Source: a bacterium (lineage in GTDB: Bacteria > Armatimonadota > Zipacnadia > Zipacnadales > UBA11051). From it: a stretch of 64,000 nt of DNA. Where the stretch lies: contig JAUVVY010000004.1 of NCBI GenBank assembly GCA_030604405.1, positions 86,853-150,852 on the forward strand, given 5' to 3'. Below are positions 38,939 through 49,408 of this stretch, piece by piece; the stretch's first letter is position 1; each line of letters opens with the position of its first letter. The notes under the pieces were generated by a model that saw nothing but the letters and a program-made list of their open reading frames with translations, was not told the origin of the DNA and ran no database searches. The position numbers were made by a program, and so were the translations under genes.

Positions 38939-39266
38939 CTGTAGTTATGCAAATTCCTGGTCTGTGGCTCATCCATCTGTAATTGTAGGCGCTGGTGCTG
39001 TGATGCGCCTTGGGCCGGATAGGGAACGCGGATTTTGCTTTCGCAAAATCCACCCTATTCGGTCCCTCCGAAAGACAACGTCTAAACCCTTGAGCGCGTA
39101 GGTCGGGCTTTCTAGCCCGACAGCCGTTGTCGTCCGGAGGGGCCGAATGGGGATGAGAGTTTCGAAGAAACTCGAAGGGGCCCCCATCCGGCCCAAGACT
39201 TATCACGCCAGCATTGCCTGTTACGAACAAGGGCTCATCACCTACCAGAAATTTGCATAACTACAG
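38939..39266. mobile_element. MITE-like structured repeat, copy 2 (full length, about 328 bp) with 23-bp terminal inverted repeats
   Basis: Terminal inverted repeats ctgtagttatgcaaattcctggt / accagaaatttgcataactacag. About 80-nt imperfect inverted termini. Internal hairpins (gtcgggctttctagcccgac; gagtttcgaagaaactc) carry compensatory changes relative to copy 1. Track ORFs 38969..39196(-) and 19389..19691(-) share RPLRTTTAVGLESPTYALKGLDVV because both come from this repeat. Confidence 0.7.
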
Positions 39267-39350
39267 CGGAAGCCCGACCTACGCGGAGGATGGGATAATT
39301 GGCTCCCCATTTCGCGATCTACGCGACGAATCAGACAATTGCTTGTATGC

Positions 39351-39707
39351 CTAAGTCCCGACCACTATTTCGTCATCGGGATCAAAAGCCGGATTTACCA
39401 CGATTAGTGCCTTGAAATCGCCCCAGCCACGGTGCGTGACACCGGCGGGGATGTAGATTGCCGTGCCCGGCCGGACCTGGTGCGTCTCGCCGTCAAGTTC
39501 CACGTACCCTTCGCCCTCGATGATGTAGTAGATCTCGTCGGCGATCTCGTGGAAGTGCGCGGCACCGTGCGTAATGTGAGTCACGTGCGCACTCATTGCG
39601 GCCCCGTCGTCGCCGGTGATGATACGAGTGCTTTGCCCGCAGGGGCACGCCACGGCCTCGACATCATTGTAGTGCCGCACTACGGGCTTGCGTTTGGCTG
39701 TGCTCAC
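39351..39707 (-). CDS. cupin-domain protein
   Basis: 118 aa. The motif HxH...E...G...H (HITHGAAHFHEIADEIYYIIEGEGYV) is a cupin-2 signature. Confidence 0.65.
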   Translation of the reverse strand: MSTAKRKPVVRHYNDVEAVACPCGQSTRIITGDDGAAMSAHVTHITHGAAHFHEIADEIYYIIEGEGYVELDGETHQVRPGTAIYIPAGVTHRGWGDFKALIVVNPAFDPDDEIVVGT

Positions 39708-39800
39708 AGCTTGCTCCTGACCGACCGCGTATTTCGTCCTTGGCCTATTCTCTGGGGGACAGGCAATACCTCCAGGATGCGCCGACTTTTCCTGGGCGGC

Positions 39801-41114
39801 TCAGTAGCGATGATGCCGTGAGCGCTTTACCCGCCACGGCTCATGGAAACACCACACTGCGCGGTGCAGCTCTGTGGCCTTTTCCGGCTGCTGGTCGATG
39901 ATGTTGTTTTGCTCCGCCGGGTCGTCGGGCAGGAAATATAGCTTGTTGGGCCGCTCCCCACGGTTGTCAATGAATTTGTACCCGTCGGCTGTCACCACGC
40001 CGGCGTGGAAGTTGAAGGCTCCGAGAAACAGCTCCTTGGCCGGCTCCAGCCCATCGCCCCTGGCCGCCGAAAGCAGGCTGCGGCCCTGCATGTGCTTCGG
40101 AATGTCCAGTGCGGCCGCCTCCAGCAGCGTCTCCGGCAGGTCCACATTGCTAACCAGGTCGTCGTATCTGCTGCCGGCAGGTATCTTTCCCGGCCACCGC
40201 ATCATCAATACCAGGCGCGCCAGTTCCTCATGGATCGGGTAACCGAACTTACGTATCGTGCCATGCTCCCCGAGCGGCATCCCGTGGTCCGAGATGATTA
40301 CCACCAGCGTGTTCTCACTCAGCGCCAACTCGTCCAGTTGATCCAGCAGCTTGCCGAACCAATGGTCGGTCTCGGTGATGGCGGCATTATACAGGGCGTG
40401 GACGTGCTCCATGTCTCCGGGCCGCGTCCAACTCATGTCCGGCCCCATCGGCATGGGAATATAGCGGCCCTCAAAGCCACGGCGCGGCTCGTACATGCTT
40501 GCGAAGGGCTCAGGCGTGTCCCACGGTTCATGCGGATTGAAGCTGTCCACCCATAGGAAGAAATTCTCGTTGCAGTGCTCACCCAGCCACTGCGCAACAT
40601 CCTCGATCATCATCTGCGGCAGGTACTTGCCATACTTCTCATGGGAACGCGCCCGGTTGGTCTTTGTCTTCGAGTAAAAGAGGTACTCATTTTCGGGGAA
40701 CCCAGGGGGGAAGAAAGCCTCCGAGGCATCCATCAACGGCTGGCCGTCCATTGGAGGCAGGCACTTGCCCATCGGATAGTGGACAAAGTGCTTAAACCCC
40801 CGCTCCATGTTGGCCCCGGCATTGAAAGGAGTATCGGAGAAGGCAGCGGTCAGATAGCCGGCATCCGCGAACAGCTCGGCGATATGCAGATCATCCGGCT
40901 CCAGCGCCTGCCACGGGCGGTTGGTGAAGGTGTAGATGCCGGCAACCATCGCCGTGCGCGCCGGGATCGTATTGGGACACTCGGCATAAGCGCGGCTGAA
41001 CAGGCAGCCCTGCTCGGCGAAGCGGTCGAGATTGGGAGTCTGCACAACGGTAGGCCCGTACGCGCCGACCTTATCGGGCCGCACGGTGTCGAGGGATATT
41101 ACCAGGACGTTCAT
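39801..41114 (-). CDS. sulfatase-family protein (alkaline-phosphatase superfamily)
   Basis: N-terminal VLVISLDTVRPD, CPNTIPARTAMVAG (variant of the C-x-P-x-R region), DHGMPLGEHG. Confidence 0.65.
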   Translation of the reverse strand: MNVLVISLDTVRPDKVGAYGPTVVQTPNLDRFAEQGCLFSRAYAECPNTIPARTAMVAGIYTFTNRPWQALEPDDLHIAELFADAGYLTAAFSDTPFNAGANMERGFKHFVHYPMGKCLPPMDGQPLMDASEAFFPPGFPENEYLFYSKTKTNRARSHEKYGKYLPQMMIEDVAQWLGEHCNENFFLWVDSFNPHEPWDTPEPFASMYEPRRGFEGRYIPMPMGPDMSWTRPGDMEHVHALYNAAITETDHWFGKLLDQLDELALSENTLVVIISDHGMPLGEHGTIRKFGYPIHEELARLVLMMRWPGKIPAGSRYDDLVSNVDLPETLLEAAALDIPKHMQGRSLLSAARGDGLEPAKELFLGAFNFHAGVVTADGYKFIDNRGERPNKLYFLPDDPAEQNNIIDQQPEKATELHRAVWCFHEPWRVKRSRHHRY

Positions 41115-41237
41115 TGTGATATTGCGACCTTTCGAAAAAACAAGCCGCAGCGCCTAGCTGCGGCGTGATCACATCCAGCAGCGCATGGTCGGAGCCTTTT
41201 GGCCCCGGCCAGTCATATCGCATCCCCGGGCGGCGGG

Positions 41238-41867
41238 TTATTCCAAATCGAAATTGCTGCTGTCGGTCACAAATGCTTCTTTTTGGCACTTGGCGTGACC
41301 GTCGCAGAAGCCTACGTTAGCCGTTTCGTTGTGGCGCAGATACACGAAATAGCCATTCGGCTCTCTGGACCAGGTGATGACATAAGTCATCCCCACACTC
41401 CAGCCGCCACTTGACAGCAGGTGTTGGCCGCTGTCAGCTAGCAAGATGGTCTCGGCGGGTCTGCCTATCTTCGCCAGTGGGCAGCCGCCATAGCCGTAGC
41501 CGGGCGGAACGTGCCAGTTGTAGGTAAGGTAGGAGTAGTTCTGGCCGTATCCTAACCCATACGCTGTCTCATTTCCCCCACTTGGACACACGAGAACCTG
41601 GGTGTTCTTCACATAGGGATCGATCACCTCATACCACTGGTTGTAGGCGCCGGGACTGCCCGGCATATATGACGCCGGCAGCCTCTCGTCGTGGTCCTGT
41701 GCGTACATCATGTGGCCGAGAGTCATCTGCTTGACGTTGTTCAGACAGGAGCTCTGCCGGGCCTTTTCCCGCGCCCGGGCAAACACCGGAAATAGTATCG
41801 CCGCCAAAATGGCGATGATAGCTATTACCACTAACAACTCAATGAGAGTGAAACCTTTGCGCATCAT
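41238..41867 (-). CDS. prepilin-type N-terminal cleavage/methylation domain protein with DUF1559 (H-X9-DG)
   Basis: [26 protein letters not shown]-terminal [13 protein letters not shown]. Start at internal MMRKGF. Confidence 0.75.
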   Translation of the reverse strand: MMRKGFTLIELLVVIAIIAILAAILFPVFARAREKARQSSCLNNVKQMTLGHMMYAQDHDERLPASYMPGSPGAYNQWYEVIDPYVKNTQVLVCPSGGNETAYGLGYGQNYSYLTYNWHVPPGYGYGGCPLAKIGRPAETILLADSGQHLLSSGGWSVGMTYVITWSREPNGYFVYLRHNETANVGFCDGHAKCQKEAFVTDSSNFDLE

Positions 41868-42103
41868 GCACCTCCACCTGTGATCTGCTGACCACAAAAA
41901 TGGTGCCCTTGACAAGGCACTCTTGCGACTGGCTGTCAGGTCTTAATTATGGGTCTCCCGCCAACTTATTCGCCGAAACCGTCCTAATTCCTGCAAACGA
42001 GATCTTTTTTTCTCTTCTCGCATACAGGAATGCAGGGCGGTATTGCTGAATTGAAAAGGGTAGGTATTTCACAGCGAAAACGCCGCAAGGAAAGTGACTT
42101 CAA

Positions 42104-42325
42104 ATGGGCAGTAGCTCTGACAAGGTAACCATCAAGATTCCGCGGCCGCTTTATGAGAAGCTGAGCCAGGTCATCGAAGGCGCCGGCTACAATTCGGTCA
42201 CCGATTTTGTGGTCTATGTACTGCGCGACATCGCCTCGACGCACGCGCTTTCCGAGACCGAGCCCTATAGCGAAGATGACCTCATCAGGGTGAAGGAGCG
42301 CCTGCGCAGCCTCGGGTATCTGTAG
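42104..42325 (+). CDS. ribbon-helix-helix (CopG/Arc/MetJ-like) DNA-binding protein
   Basis: 73 aa. N-terminal KVTIKIPRPLYEKLSQVIE fits a beta-strand plus helix RHH. Confidence 0.45.
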   Translation: MGSSSDKVTIKIPRPLYEKLSQVIEGAGYNSVTDFVVYVLRDIASTHALSETEPYSEDDLIRVKERLRSLGYL

Positions 42326-42340
42326 GGCCGCGTTGCAATC

Positions 42341-43909
42341 CTACCGCTGCTGGTAGCTGACCACCATCTGCAGGTCGTGCACCACGGCTTCATCTTTTGC
42401 CCCTGCCGCAAGCGCCATCCCGACGCTGTTTTCGCCCTGCCTGACCAGCTCGGGGGCGACCGCCAACTCCAGCCAGCCATCCGCAATTGCGCCACCCGCC
42501 AGCGCCTCAGCGTTGAACTTGACTAGCATATCATCGGCGCCAGCCAGGCCGGTGACCTGCAGTCGCAACGTGATCTCCGGAACGATGCCCTGGTCCTTGC
42601 CCCACAGCACATCGTCGCCGACCGCGATACTGGTATCCTGCTCGGCGCCGGCTTGCAGCGACACGGGGTGTTGTGGGTCCAGCGTCGGGACCGACAGGAA
42701 GCGTTCGCCGCCGGCCAGGTAATTGTTCGCGTGTTGGACGCCGCGGTAGTTGACGTAGTAGTGCTTGGTCAACCCGCGTAGGGTCTGCGGCTCGCCGAGC
42801 TCGGACCACAGCGGATGGCGCGGATTGAACACGTTAAAGATATAGACACCGTCGCCGCCGGATTCCCACACGCTCATCGCCCGTGCCCGGTACGCCTCAA
42901 GCTTGTTACGCGCCTTGCCGGCCTCTCCCTTGACGCGCGAATCGCTCAGACACGGATAGACTGGCACACCGTACTTGTGACCCAGTTCGACGGTGTCTTG
43001 CCAGGACGAAAGCTTCATGTAGCCGGTCGGGATCAGGATGTCGAAGAGGCCTTCCTCAAGCCAGAGCTGCAGATCAAAGCCGACGCCGCGGCAATATCCC
43101 ACCGAGTCAGGCACGCGCACAGCAATCAGGATCGGCCTGCCGCGCTCCTGGCCCACCTGATCGCACATCGCCCGCACGCGTCGCAGCAATTCGGTCATCT
43201 GTCCGCGATCCTCGTCGCTCGCCTCTCCGCTGAATGCAGGCCCCTTGAAGAAACACAGATGCCGGAAGAAGTCCAGCTCAATGCCGTCAACGTCATAGCG
43301 CTTGCAGACGTCTTCGATGATGGCAAAGGCCTTGTCCCGCACCTCCTGGTGTCCGAAATCGGCGGAGGTCCACGTGCGACACCTGGGCTCGTTGTCCTCA
43401 GTGCCGATCAGATACTCCGGATGGTCCAGCTTCCACTGCGACCTGAATTTGACGTTACTGTAGTCATGCGTGTCGTTCATCCGCATGGACCAGAATATCT
43501 CGATACCATTTTGCCGGCAGAAATCAGTCATGACCTCCAGATTGTCGGTGCCCTGCGCAATAAACCTGGCAGCCATCGTTCCGTCAGGCGCATTGACTTC
43601 GCACGCTCTGGAATTGTGGCTGAAATAGGCAAAGCTCTGGGCAGTTGAATAGAAGATGGTGTCCACGTGGGTGCCCAGCAGCGGGGTAGTGCGCAGGTCG
43701 AGGAATTCCTGCCGGGTCGTCGGCTTCCATGAATCGTCGCCATCATTGTTGAAGATGATGCGTCGGGTCCGAGAAGCGGCTTGCTTGCGCAATTCTTTCA
43801 TCTCTTCACACCTCACTGGGGTCGAAAAATGGGTTGCGACCACGAAGACCACGGCGAGCAGCATCAGTGTCCAACGCACGGTAAAGCCCTGCACCAAGAC
43901 CATTGTCAT
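42341..43909 (-). CDS. putative glycoside-hydrolase-like TIM-barrel protein with N-terminal signal anchor, paralog 1
   Basis: 522 aa. N-terminal TM/signal. IIFNNDG, IFWSMRMNDTHD, DGIELDFFRH motifs shared with the neighbour. Confidence 0.5.
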   Translation of the reverse strand: MTMVLVQGFTVRWTLMLLAVVFVVATHFSTPVRCEEMKELRKQAASRTRRIIFNNDGDDSWKPTTRQEFLDLRTTPLLGTHVDTIFYSTAQSFAYFSHNSRACEVNAPDGTMAARFIAQGTDNLEVMTDFCRQNGIEIFWSMRMNDTHDYSNVKFRSQWKLDHPEYLIGTEDNEPRCRTWTSADFGHQEVRDKAFAIIEDVCKRYDVDGIELDFFRHLCFFKGPAFSGEASDEDRGQMTELLRRVRAMCDQVGQERGRPILIAVRVPDSVGYCRGVGFDLQLWLEEGLFDILIPTGYMKLSSWQDTVELGHKYGVPVYPCLSDSRVKGEAGKARNKLEAYRARAMSVWESGGDGVYIFNVFNPRHPLWSELGEPQTLRGLTKHYYVNYRGVQHANNYLAGGERFLSVPTLDPQHPVSLQAGAEQDTSIAVGDDVLWGKDQGIVPEITLRLQVTGLAGADDMLVKFNAEALAGGAIADGWLELAVAPELVRQGENSVGMALAAGAKDEAVVHDLQMVVSYQQR

Positions 43910-44079
43910 CAGCCCTTCCTTGTATGCTTTATGCCTCAGGCCCGAACAGCATCAGGCGCTGGCCCACCTGCACGCCCGGCAGGTCAGCCTCGTCCGGTGA
44001 GCGGGAGACCACATTCATCTGATTTCTTCCTTTCAACGTGCACAGATTCAGCTCCCTTCAGGTGCACTGGCCGGCGCGG

Positions 44080-45633
44080 CTAATCGTACGTGACCCACAA
44101 CTGCAAGTCCTTGATTGTCACCGGCTGTCTCGCGTCCGGCGCAAGCTGCAAGGCCATATCGTTGTCGCCGCGCTGAAGTTGCGTCGGCGCGGCCGCAAAC
44201 TCCAGCCATCCGTCTGCCAGCGTCCCATCACCTTGCGGCTGGCCGTTCAGGCTCACGTGCAAGTGCCTCGCCTTGTCGAGGCCTTCCACACACACCCTCA
44301 GGCGCAAACCAGGCTTGAGGCCCTTTTCCATCGCATCCTCGAGGTCCTCGCCGCAGGCCAGTGTCGTCTCGGCGGCTTCCCCGGCGGTTAGCTCAACGGG
44401 ATGATCCGGTGACAAGGTGGGCACGTCTATAAACTCCTCGCCGTCGCGCAGGTAGGACGTTGCCGCGCGGTCCCCCCGCACAGTCACGTGGTAAACCTTC
44501 TCCAGCGGCTGCAGAGTCTCAGGATCGCCGAGTTCACGCCAGATGCTTGCGGTGGGCTTGAAGATGTGGTGGTAGTTGAACAGATAGACCCCGTCGGCGC
44601 CGCAATTCCAGATATTGGTGGCCCGCGCCCGCATACACTCCGTCTGGTTGCGAATGTCGTCCTGCCATTCTGCATCAGGCCGGCCCCGGACCCGCGACTC
44701 GCTCAGGCATGGGTACACCCGCACCCCATACCTGTGCCCCAGTTCCACGCTGTACTCCCACGGATTGAGCTGGAAATAGCCGCTGGGAATGAGCAGGTCG
44801 AACAAGCCTTGTGCCAGCCACGTTTCCAGATCAAGGCCGACTGCGGAGCAGTAGTCCAGCGAGTCGGGCACTCTGACGGCGATAAGGATCGGCCGCTGAC
44901 GACTGGCCCCTACTTCGTCCCCCATCCCGCGCACCCGCTGCACAAACTCGGTCATCTTGTCGAGGTGTTTCTGCGTCAGCGGCTCGCCGTAAGCCACCTC
45001 TCTGAAGAAAAGGCAATGGCGGAAGAAGTCGAGTTCGATGCCGTCCACCTCGTAGCGGCGGCAGACATCTTCGATGATGGCAAACGCCCGCTCGCGCACT
45101 TCATCCTGGCCATAGTCCACCGCCGACCACGCCCTGCCCTCGCCGACGCCGGGCAGCCGCTGGCCCTGGCTGCCGAACAGGTACTCGGGGTGGTCCTGCT
45201 TGAACTGCGGGAAGAGCTGCGGGTAGTACAGCTCCCCGTCTTGCACCTGCCCGTCATGCACGTCGTTCATTCGCATTGACCAGAATATCTCGATGCCGCT
45301 TTGGCGGCAGTAGTCCACCATGATCTCCAGCGGATCGGTGCCTGCGGCGATGAGGTCGGCTGTGAGGTTGTGTTCGAAGATGCCTTCCTTGGTGGTGAAG
45401 ACCTCTGCAATGTTGCTCTGGTGAGTGAATAGGCCAAAGCCGGAGCTCCAGTCGCAGTAGAATATGGTGTCCACCTGCGAGCCCTGTAGCGGCGAGGTGT
45501 GGTGCCGCAGGATCTCCTGGACCATCGCCTCCTTACCGCTCACCTGCTGGCTGAGGTACACCACCTCGTTGCCGTCGTTGTTCATGATGATGCGGCGCTG
45601 GCGCGCCGCGGCCTCTTTCCTGAGCTCTTTCAT
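44080..45633 (-). CDS. putative glycoside-hydrolase-like TIM-barrel protein, cytoplasmic paralog 2
   Basis: 517 aa. Same motifs (IIMNNDG, IFWSMRMNDVHD, DGIELDFFRH). No signal peptide. RBS gaggag. Confidence 0.5.
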   Translation of the reverse strand: MKELRKEAAARQRRIIMNNDGNEVVYLSQQVSGKEAMVQEILRHHTSPLQGSQVDTIFYCDWSSGFGLFTHQSNIAEVFTTKEGIFEHNLTADLIAAGTDPLEIMVDYCRQSGIEIFWSMRMNDVHDGQVQDGELYYPQLFPQFKQDHPEYLFGSQGQRLPGVGEGRAWSAVDYGQDEVRERAFAIIEDVCRRYEVDGIELDFFRHCLFFREVAYGEPLTQKHLDKMTEFVQRVRGMGDEVGASRQRPILIAVRVPDSLDYCSAVGLDLETWLAQGLFDLLIPSGYFQLNPWEYSVELGHRYGVRVYPCLSESRVRGRPDAEWQDDIRNQTECMRARATNIWNCGADGVYLFNYHHIFKPTASIWRELGDPETLQPLEKVYHVTVRGDRAATSYLRDGEEFIDVPTLSPDHPVELTAGEAAETTLACGEDLEDAMEKGLKPGLRLRVCVEGLDKARHLHVSLNGQPQGDGTLADGWLEFAAAPTQLQRGDNDMALQLAPDARQPVTIKDLQLWVTYD

Positions 45634-45668
45634 TTCATATCTCCTCGCTGGCGGTTATAGAGGTTGTG

Positions 45669-46931
45669 TTACGATGCGAATTCCCGCAGCGCCTCGAACA
45701 TCGCCACAAGGTTCTCGACCGGCGTATTGGGCTGGATGTTGTGGATGGCATTGAAGACGAAGCCTCCGCCGGGCGCGAAGATCTCCAGCCGCTGCAGCAC
45801 CTCTTTGCGCACCTCTTCCGGACTCCCGAAGGGCAAAGTCCGCTGAGTGTCCACGCCCCCGCCCCAGAAGCAGATACGCTCGCCGTACTCCCGCTTCAGG
45901 TGCTGCGGGGCCATCCCCTGCGCCGAGCATTGCACCGGATTGAGGATGTCGAAGCCTGCATCAATGAAGTCCTCAATCAGCGGCTCGACCCCACCGCACG
46001 TGTGGATGAACGTCTTCCACGTAGTGTTATTGTGGGTCCACTCGTTGACTGCTTTGTGAAACGGCTTGAACAGATCCCGGTACGTGGCAACGGATATGAA
46101 GGGCCCGCGCTGGGTGCCAAAGTCCGCGCCTGTTACCATCAGGACCTGGACTCGGCGCCCGATAGCCGGAGCAATCTTCTCCAGGTTCTGCAGGGCGATC
46201 TCACACTGGCCCTGGAACACCTCGTACACGTAATCTCGGCGGGCGAGGGTGGATATGTACCACTCTTCGACATCGCGGATGCCCTTGGGATATTTCAGAA
46301 ATGGCCCGGGGACAAGCGCAATGTCACCGAAGCTTGTACCTCCGAAGTTGGCCACTACCGCATAGTCGCTTTGCGCATACAGCCTACCTGCTTCTGCGGC
46401 TACCCCATCAAGTTCTGCTTCGTTGATTGGCGCGAATTCCTCCAGATTATCGCGCGGATCGAGCTTGTCATCTTCAATTGGCGGCTGGCGGATAATGGTG
46501 TCGAAATAGTAGCCGCCTGCCGGCATTCGCCCGCTTGGCGGAGCGGACCTGTCGCCCTCGGGGTACATCAGGATGTCGCCGTTGTCCTCGGGATCGGTGT
46601 TGAATGCGTCCGGCACCAGGACCGGTGTGCCGTCGAACAGCTCCCACTTCTTCCAGTCACGGTTCTCGAAACCAAAGAGGGTCTTGCTGCCGCCGACGCC
46701 GACTGTGTCAATGCCAAGCGTCTCGCGCAGGTCGTCGGTCACCGCGCCGAGCATCTGGTACGGCTCAATGACCTTCACCCGGTCACCGGGCTTGTCCAAT
46801 CCCAGCGCCAGCCGCAGCTTCGACAAGGTGCTGGCTGCGATCCCGCTTACCGGCGTTGAGCCCAGATCCAGCGGAACCCTGTCCGCTTCCTGGTGCTCAA
46901 GCGCCCCCTCTATCCGCTCTCTGGAATTCAT
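45669..46931 (-). CDS. uroporphyrinogen-decarboxylase (URO-D) family protein
   Basis: 420 aa, URO-D-like fold. Second family member in the window. Confidence 0.55.
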   Translation of the reverse strand: MNSRERIEGALEHQEADRVPLDLGSTPVSGIAASTLSKLRLALGLDKPGDRVKVIEPYQMLGAVTDDLRETLGIDTVGVGGSKTLFGFENRDWKKWELFDGTPVLVPDAFNTDPEDNGDILMYPEGDRSAPPSGRMPAGGYYFDTIIRQPPIEDDKLDPRDNLEEFAPINEAELDGVAAEAGRLYAQSDYAVVANFGGTSFGDIALVPGPFLKYPKGIRDVEEWYISTLARRDYVYEVFQGQCEIALQNLEKIAPAIGRRVQVLMVTGADFGTQRGPFISVATYRDLFKPFHKAVNEWTHNNTTWKTFIHTCGGVEPLIEDFIDAGFDILNPVQCSAQGMAPQHLKREYGERICFWGGGVDTQRTLPFGSPEEVRKEVLQRLEIFAPGGGFVFNAIHNIQPNTPVENLVAMFEALREFAS

Positions 46932-46974
46932 GGTTGATTTTGCCGCCCTCTGTAGGTTCGGAGCCTTTACCGGC

Positions 46975-49323
46975 TTACTGCTGGCCCTCTAGCTCGACCA
47001 AGGCCGCCTCGATCGCCTCCCGCACGACCGGCAGCTTCTCTACGACCAGGCGGGAGCGGAGGGGCTGGATGGCGCGCACGTCGCCCAGCTTGCCCAAGGC
47101 CTCCGCCGCTGGACGGCGCACTCCGGCGTATTTGTCCCTTAAGCCGAATATGAGTGGCTCAACTGCGCGGCGGTCGCCAAACTTGGCCAACGCCTCCGCC
47201 GCCGTCCGAAAGAGATAGGGCTGATCGCGATCCAACGCAGAGATGAGAGGCTCGATGGCCCGGTCGTCCCCGATCTCCCCCAGCGCCTTTGCCGCGGCAA
47301 CGCTTGTGAAGAGAGGCTGCTGGTTCAATAGCATGATAAGTGGCTCGACGGCACGCGGGTCCCCAAGTGCGCCGAGCGCTTTCACCGCATCGCGACAGAA
47401 TTGCGAGCTTGCGACTACGTGTGCCACCAGCGGCTCCAGTGCACGCGCATCGCCAAGTTTGCCCAACGCCTCCGCCGCCCTGAAGCTCCGCCATTTGTCG
47501 CCGGACTCGAAGAATGGCAGCACGTACGGAATTGCCCGCGGATCGCCCAGCTTTCCCAGCGCGCCTACCGCAGAGCTCTGGACCTCCTTATGGTCATCGT
47601 TGGTGGCCGCGAACAGCGGCTCTATCGCGCGCGGATCGCCGATCTTACCAAGCGCCCACGCCGAGGCCTTGCGCACCTCAAACCCCGGGTCCTTCAGAGC
47701 GGCTATGAGTGGCTCAACTACCTGCGGGTCGGCGATGTCAGCCAGGGTACTGGCAGCGGTACACCGCACTTTCACGTCCTCGTCTTCGTCCTGCAACAGG
47801 CCGATGAGTAGCTTTGCCGCCTGGGGACTGCCGTTGTAGGCCAGAGCCCCCGCCGCGCGATAGCGGAGGTTGTCGTCCTCGTCCTTCATGACGCCGACTA
47901 GTAGCTCCAGCGCCCGCGGGTCGCCGCTGTGACTCAACGCGTAGTTCGCATCGAATCTGCCATACCTCTTGCGTGTCTTGAAGGCTGCTACCAGAGGCTC
48001 GGTGCCACGGGGATCCCCAATCGCGGCCAATGCCGAAGCCGCAGCATTGCTGACATCGTTATCTTCATCCTCTAGTGTAGCGATGAGGGGCTCCACAGCT
48101 CTGGGGTCGCCAAACTCGCACAATGCAGATGCCGCGCACCGCCGCACGTCCTTGTCCTCATCCTCCAAAGTTGCCATTACTGGCTCGACCGCCTGCAAGT
48201 CGCCGATCGTCCCCAGTGCTGTCGCTGCGGCGGAACGAACGCGGTTGGCTTCATCTTTCAGTGCGACTATGAGCGGCTCGACGGCCCGCGGGTCCCCGAG
48301 CTTGCCCAGCGCCACTGCTGCGTATGCGCCCACCCTCGGATTCTCATCTTCTAGTGCGACTATCAGCGGCTGCAGTGCCCGTATGTCACAAAGCCAGCAT
48401 AGTCCCTCCGCCGCGCACCTGCGGACATCACTATCCTCGTCACCTAGTGCGGTGATGACTGGCTCGACCGCCCGCTTGTCGCCTAGCCAGCCCACCGAGA
48501 ATGCGGCAGCCCTGCGAACGCGGCTATCTTCATCCTTCAATGCGGCGATGAGCGGCTCGATAGCCCGCTCGTCGCCGACATCGCGTAACGCGTAGGCCGC
48601 AGCCCTGCGAATATCGCTATCATCATCTTGCAAGGCAACAATGAGAGGTTCAACAGCCTGCGGGTCGCCCAGTTCGGATAACGCGTTCGCGGCCGCCGAT
48701 ACGACACCGCTATTCTCATCCTGCAAGGCGGCAATCAGTTGCTCGACACTGCGCTGATCGCGAAGTTCGCCCAGTGCTCGGGCCACGGCCTCCCGCACCT
48801 GCGGACTGTGATCCGTGAATATGGAGAGAAGCGGCTCGACAGCTCGTCTATCGCGGGCTTCGGCCAATGCCTCTGCCGCGCCCACGCGAACAAGCTCGGA
48901 CTCATCGCCCAAGGCAGCCAGGAGGGGTGCAAACGCCGGCTCACCCATTCGCCCCAGGGCCTGTGCGGCTTCCTGGCCTGGCGATGTAGGCGCCGGCCCA
49001 CTGTCTGTCCACGAGTGGGTGCTTTTAGTGGGCGTTCTATCACCTAGTGTCTCCAGCAAGGCCAGTATGGACCCTTTGCCCCTCAAGCCCTTGCGCCCCA
49101 TCTCCGTCACGGTGTCAGATTTTTCGGTCGCGCTGCCGGTCCGCAGTATGGCTATATACGCCTTCTCGGCATCCGGTGCTTCCGCTTCCCACTGCAGTAG
49201 TTGGGCCTTGAGTTCGGGATGCTGATCGAGGAAGGTCAATTCGTCGGCGCCGCACGGGATCGCGCCCCACACCACCATAAGCACGAGAATCAACAGCCAC
49301 ATCCATTGACATCTCATAGACAT
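46975..49323 (-). CDS. secreted HEAT-repeat (PBS-lyase-type) protein, about 20 repeats
   Basis: Signal peptide [22 protein letters not shown] long array of about 31-aa repeats of the form A-PLI-AL-D-D--VR--AA-ALG-IGD. Confidence 0.8.
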   Translation of the reverse strand: MSMRCQWMWLLILVLMVVWGAIPCGADELTFLDQHPELKAQLLQWEAEAPDAEKAYIAILRTGSATEKSDTVTEMGRKGLRGKGSILALLETLGDRTPTKSTHSWTDSGPAPTSPGQEAAQALGRMGEPAFAPLLAALGDESELVRVGAAEALAEARDRRAVEPLLSIFTDHSPQVREAVARALGELRDQRSVEQLIAALQDENSGVVSAAANALSELGDPQAVEPLIVALQDDDSDIRRAAAYALRDVGDERAIEPLIAALKDEDSRVRRAAAFSVGWLGDKRAVEPVITALGDEDSDVRRCAAEGLCWLCDIRALQPLIVALEDENPRVGAYAAVALGKLGDPRAVEPLIVALKDEANRVRSAAATALGTIGDLQAVEPVMATLEDEDKDVRRCAASALCEFGDPRAVEPLIATLEDEDNDVSNAAASALAAIGDPRGTEPLVAAFKTRKRYGRFDANYALSHSGDPRALELLVGVMKDEDDNLRYRAAGALAYNGSPQAAKLLIGLLQDEDEDVKVRCTAASTLADIADPQVVEPLIAALKDPGFEVRKASAWALGKIGDPRAIEPLFAATNDDHKEVQSSAVGALGKLGDPRAIPYVLPFFESGDKWRSFRAAEALGKLGDARALEPLVAHVVASSQFCRDAVKALGALGDPRAVEPLIMLLNQQPLFTSVAAAKALGEIGDDRAIEPLISALDRDQPYLFRTAAEALAKFGDRRAVEPLIFGLRDKYAGVRRPAAEALGKLGDVRAIQPLRSRLVVEKLPVVREAIEAALVELEGQQ

Positions 49324-49408
49324 CCGTATCGCCTCCTTGTTGGGCTCGGTCCTGCAACAGACCTACCAATCTCGAGCGCTCAGGCCCCTGGACCGGGGCC
49401 TGCGCTCA

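Noticed and set aside
38969-39196. Conserved 'protein' RPLRTTTAVGLESPTYALKGLDVV found in two ORFs (also 19389-19691)
   Set aside because: The shared peptide arises because both ORFs read through copies of the same MITE-like repeat. The ORFs have no start or RBS context and overlap structured hairpins.
45666-46859. 397-aa plus-strand ORF, and similar antisense ORFs at 20129-21007, 27840-28637, 42815-43648, 44488-45279 and 50908-52035
   Set aside because: Each is fully antisense to a domain-recognisable minus-strand gene (URO-D-like, GH-like or Gfo/Idh/MocA). All are Arg/Ala/Gly/Pro-rich translations typical of GC-rich antisense frames.
46975-49323. About 93-bp periodic nucleotide repeats that could suggest a CRISPR or tandem-repeat array
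   Set aside because: The periodicity is the 31-aa HEAT (PBS-lyase) repeat of one continuous ORF. There are no short conserved direct repeats with unique spacers.
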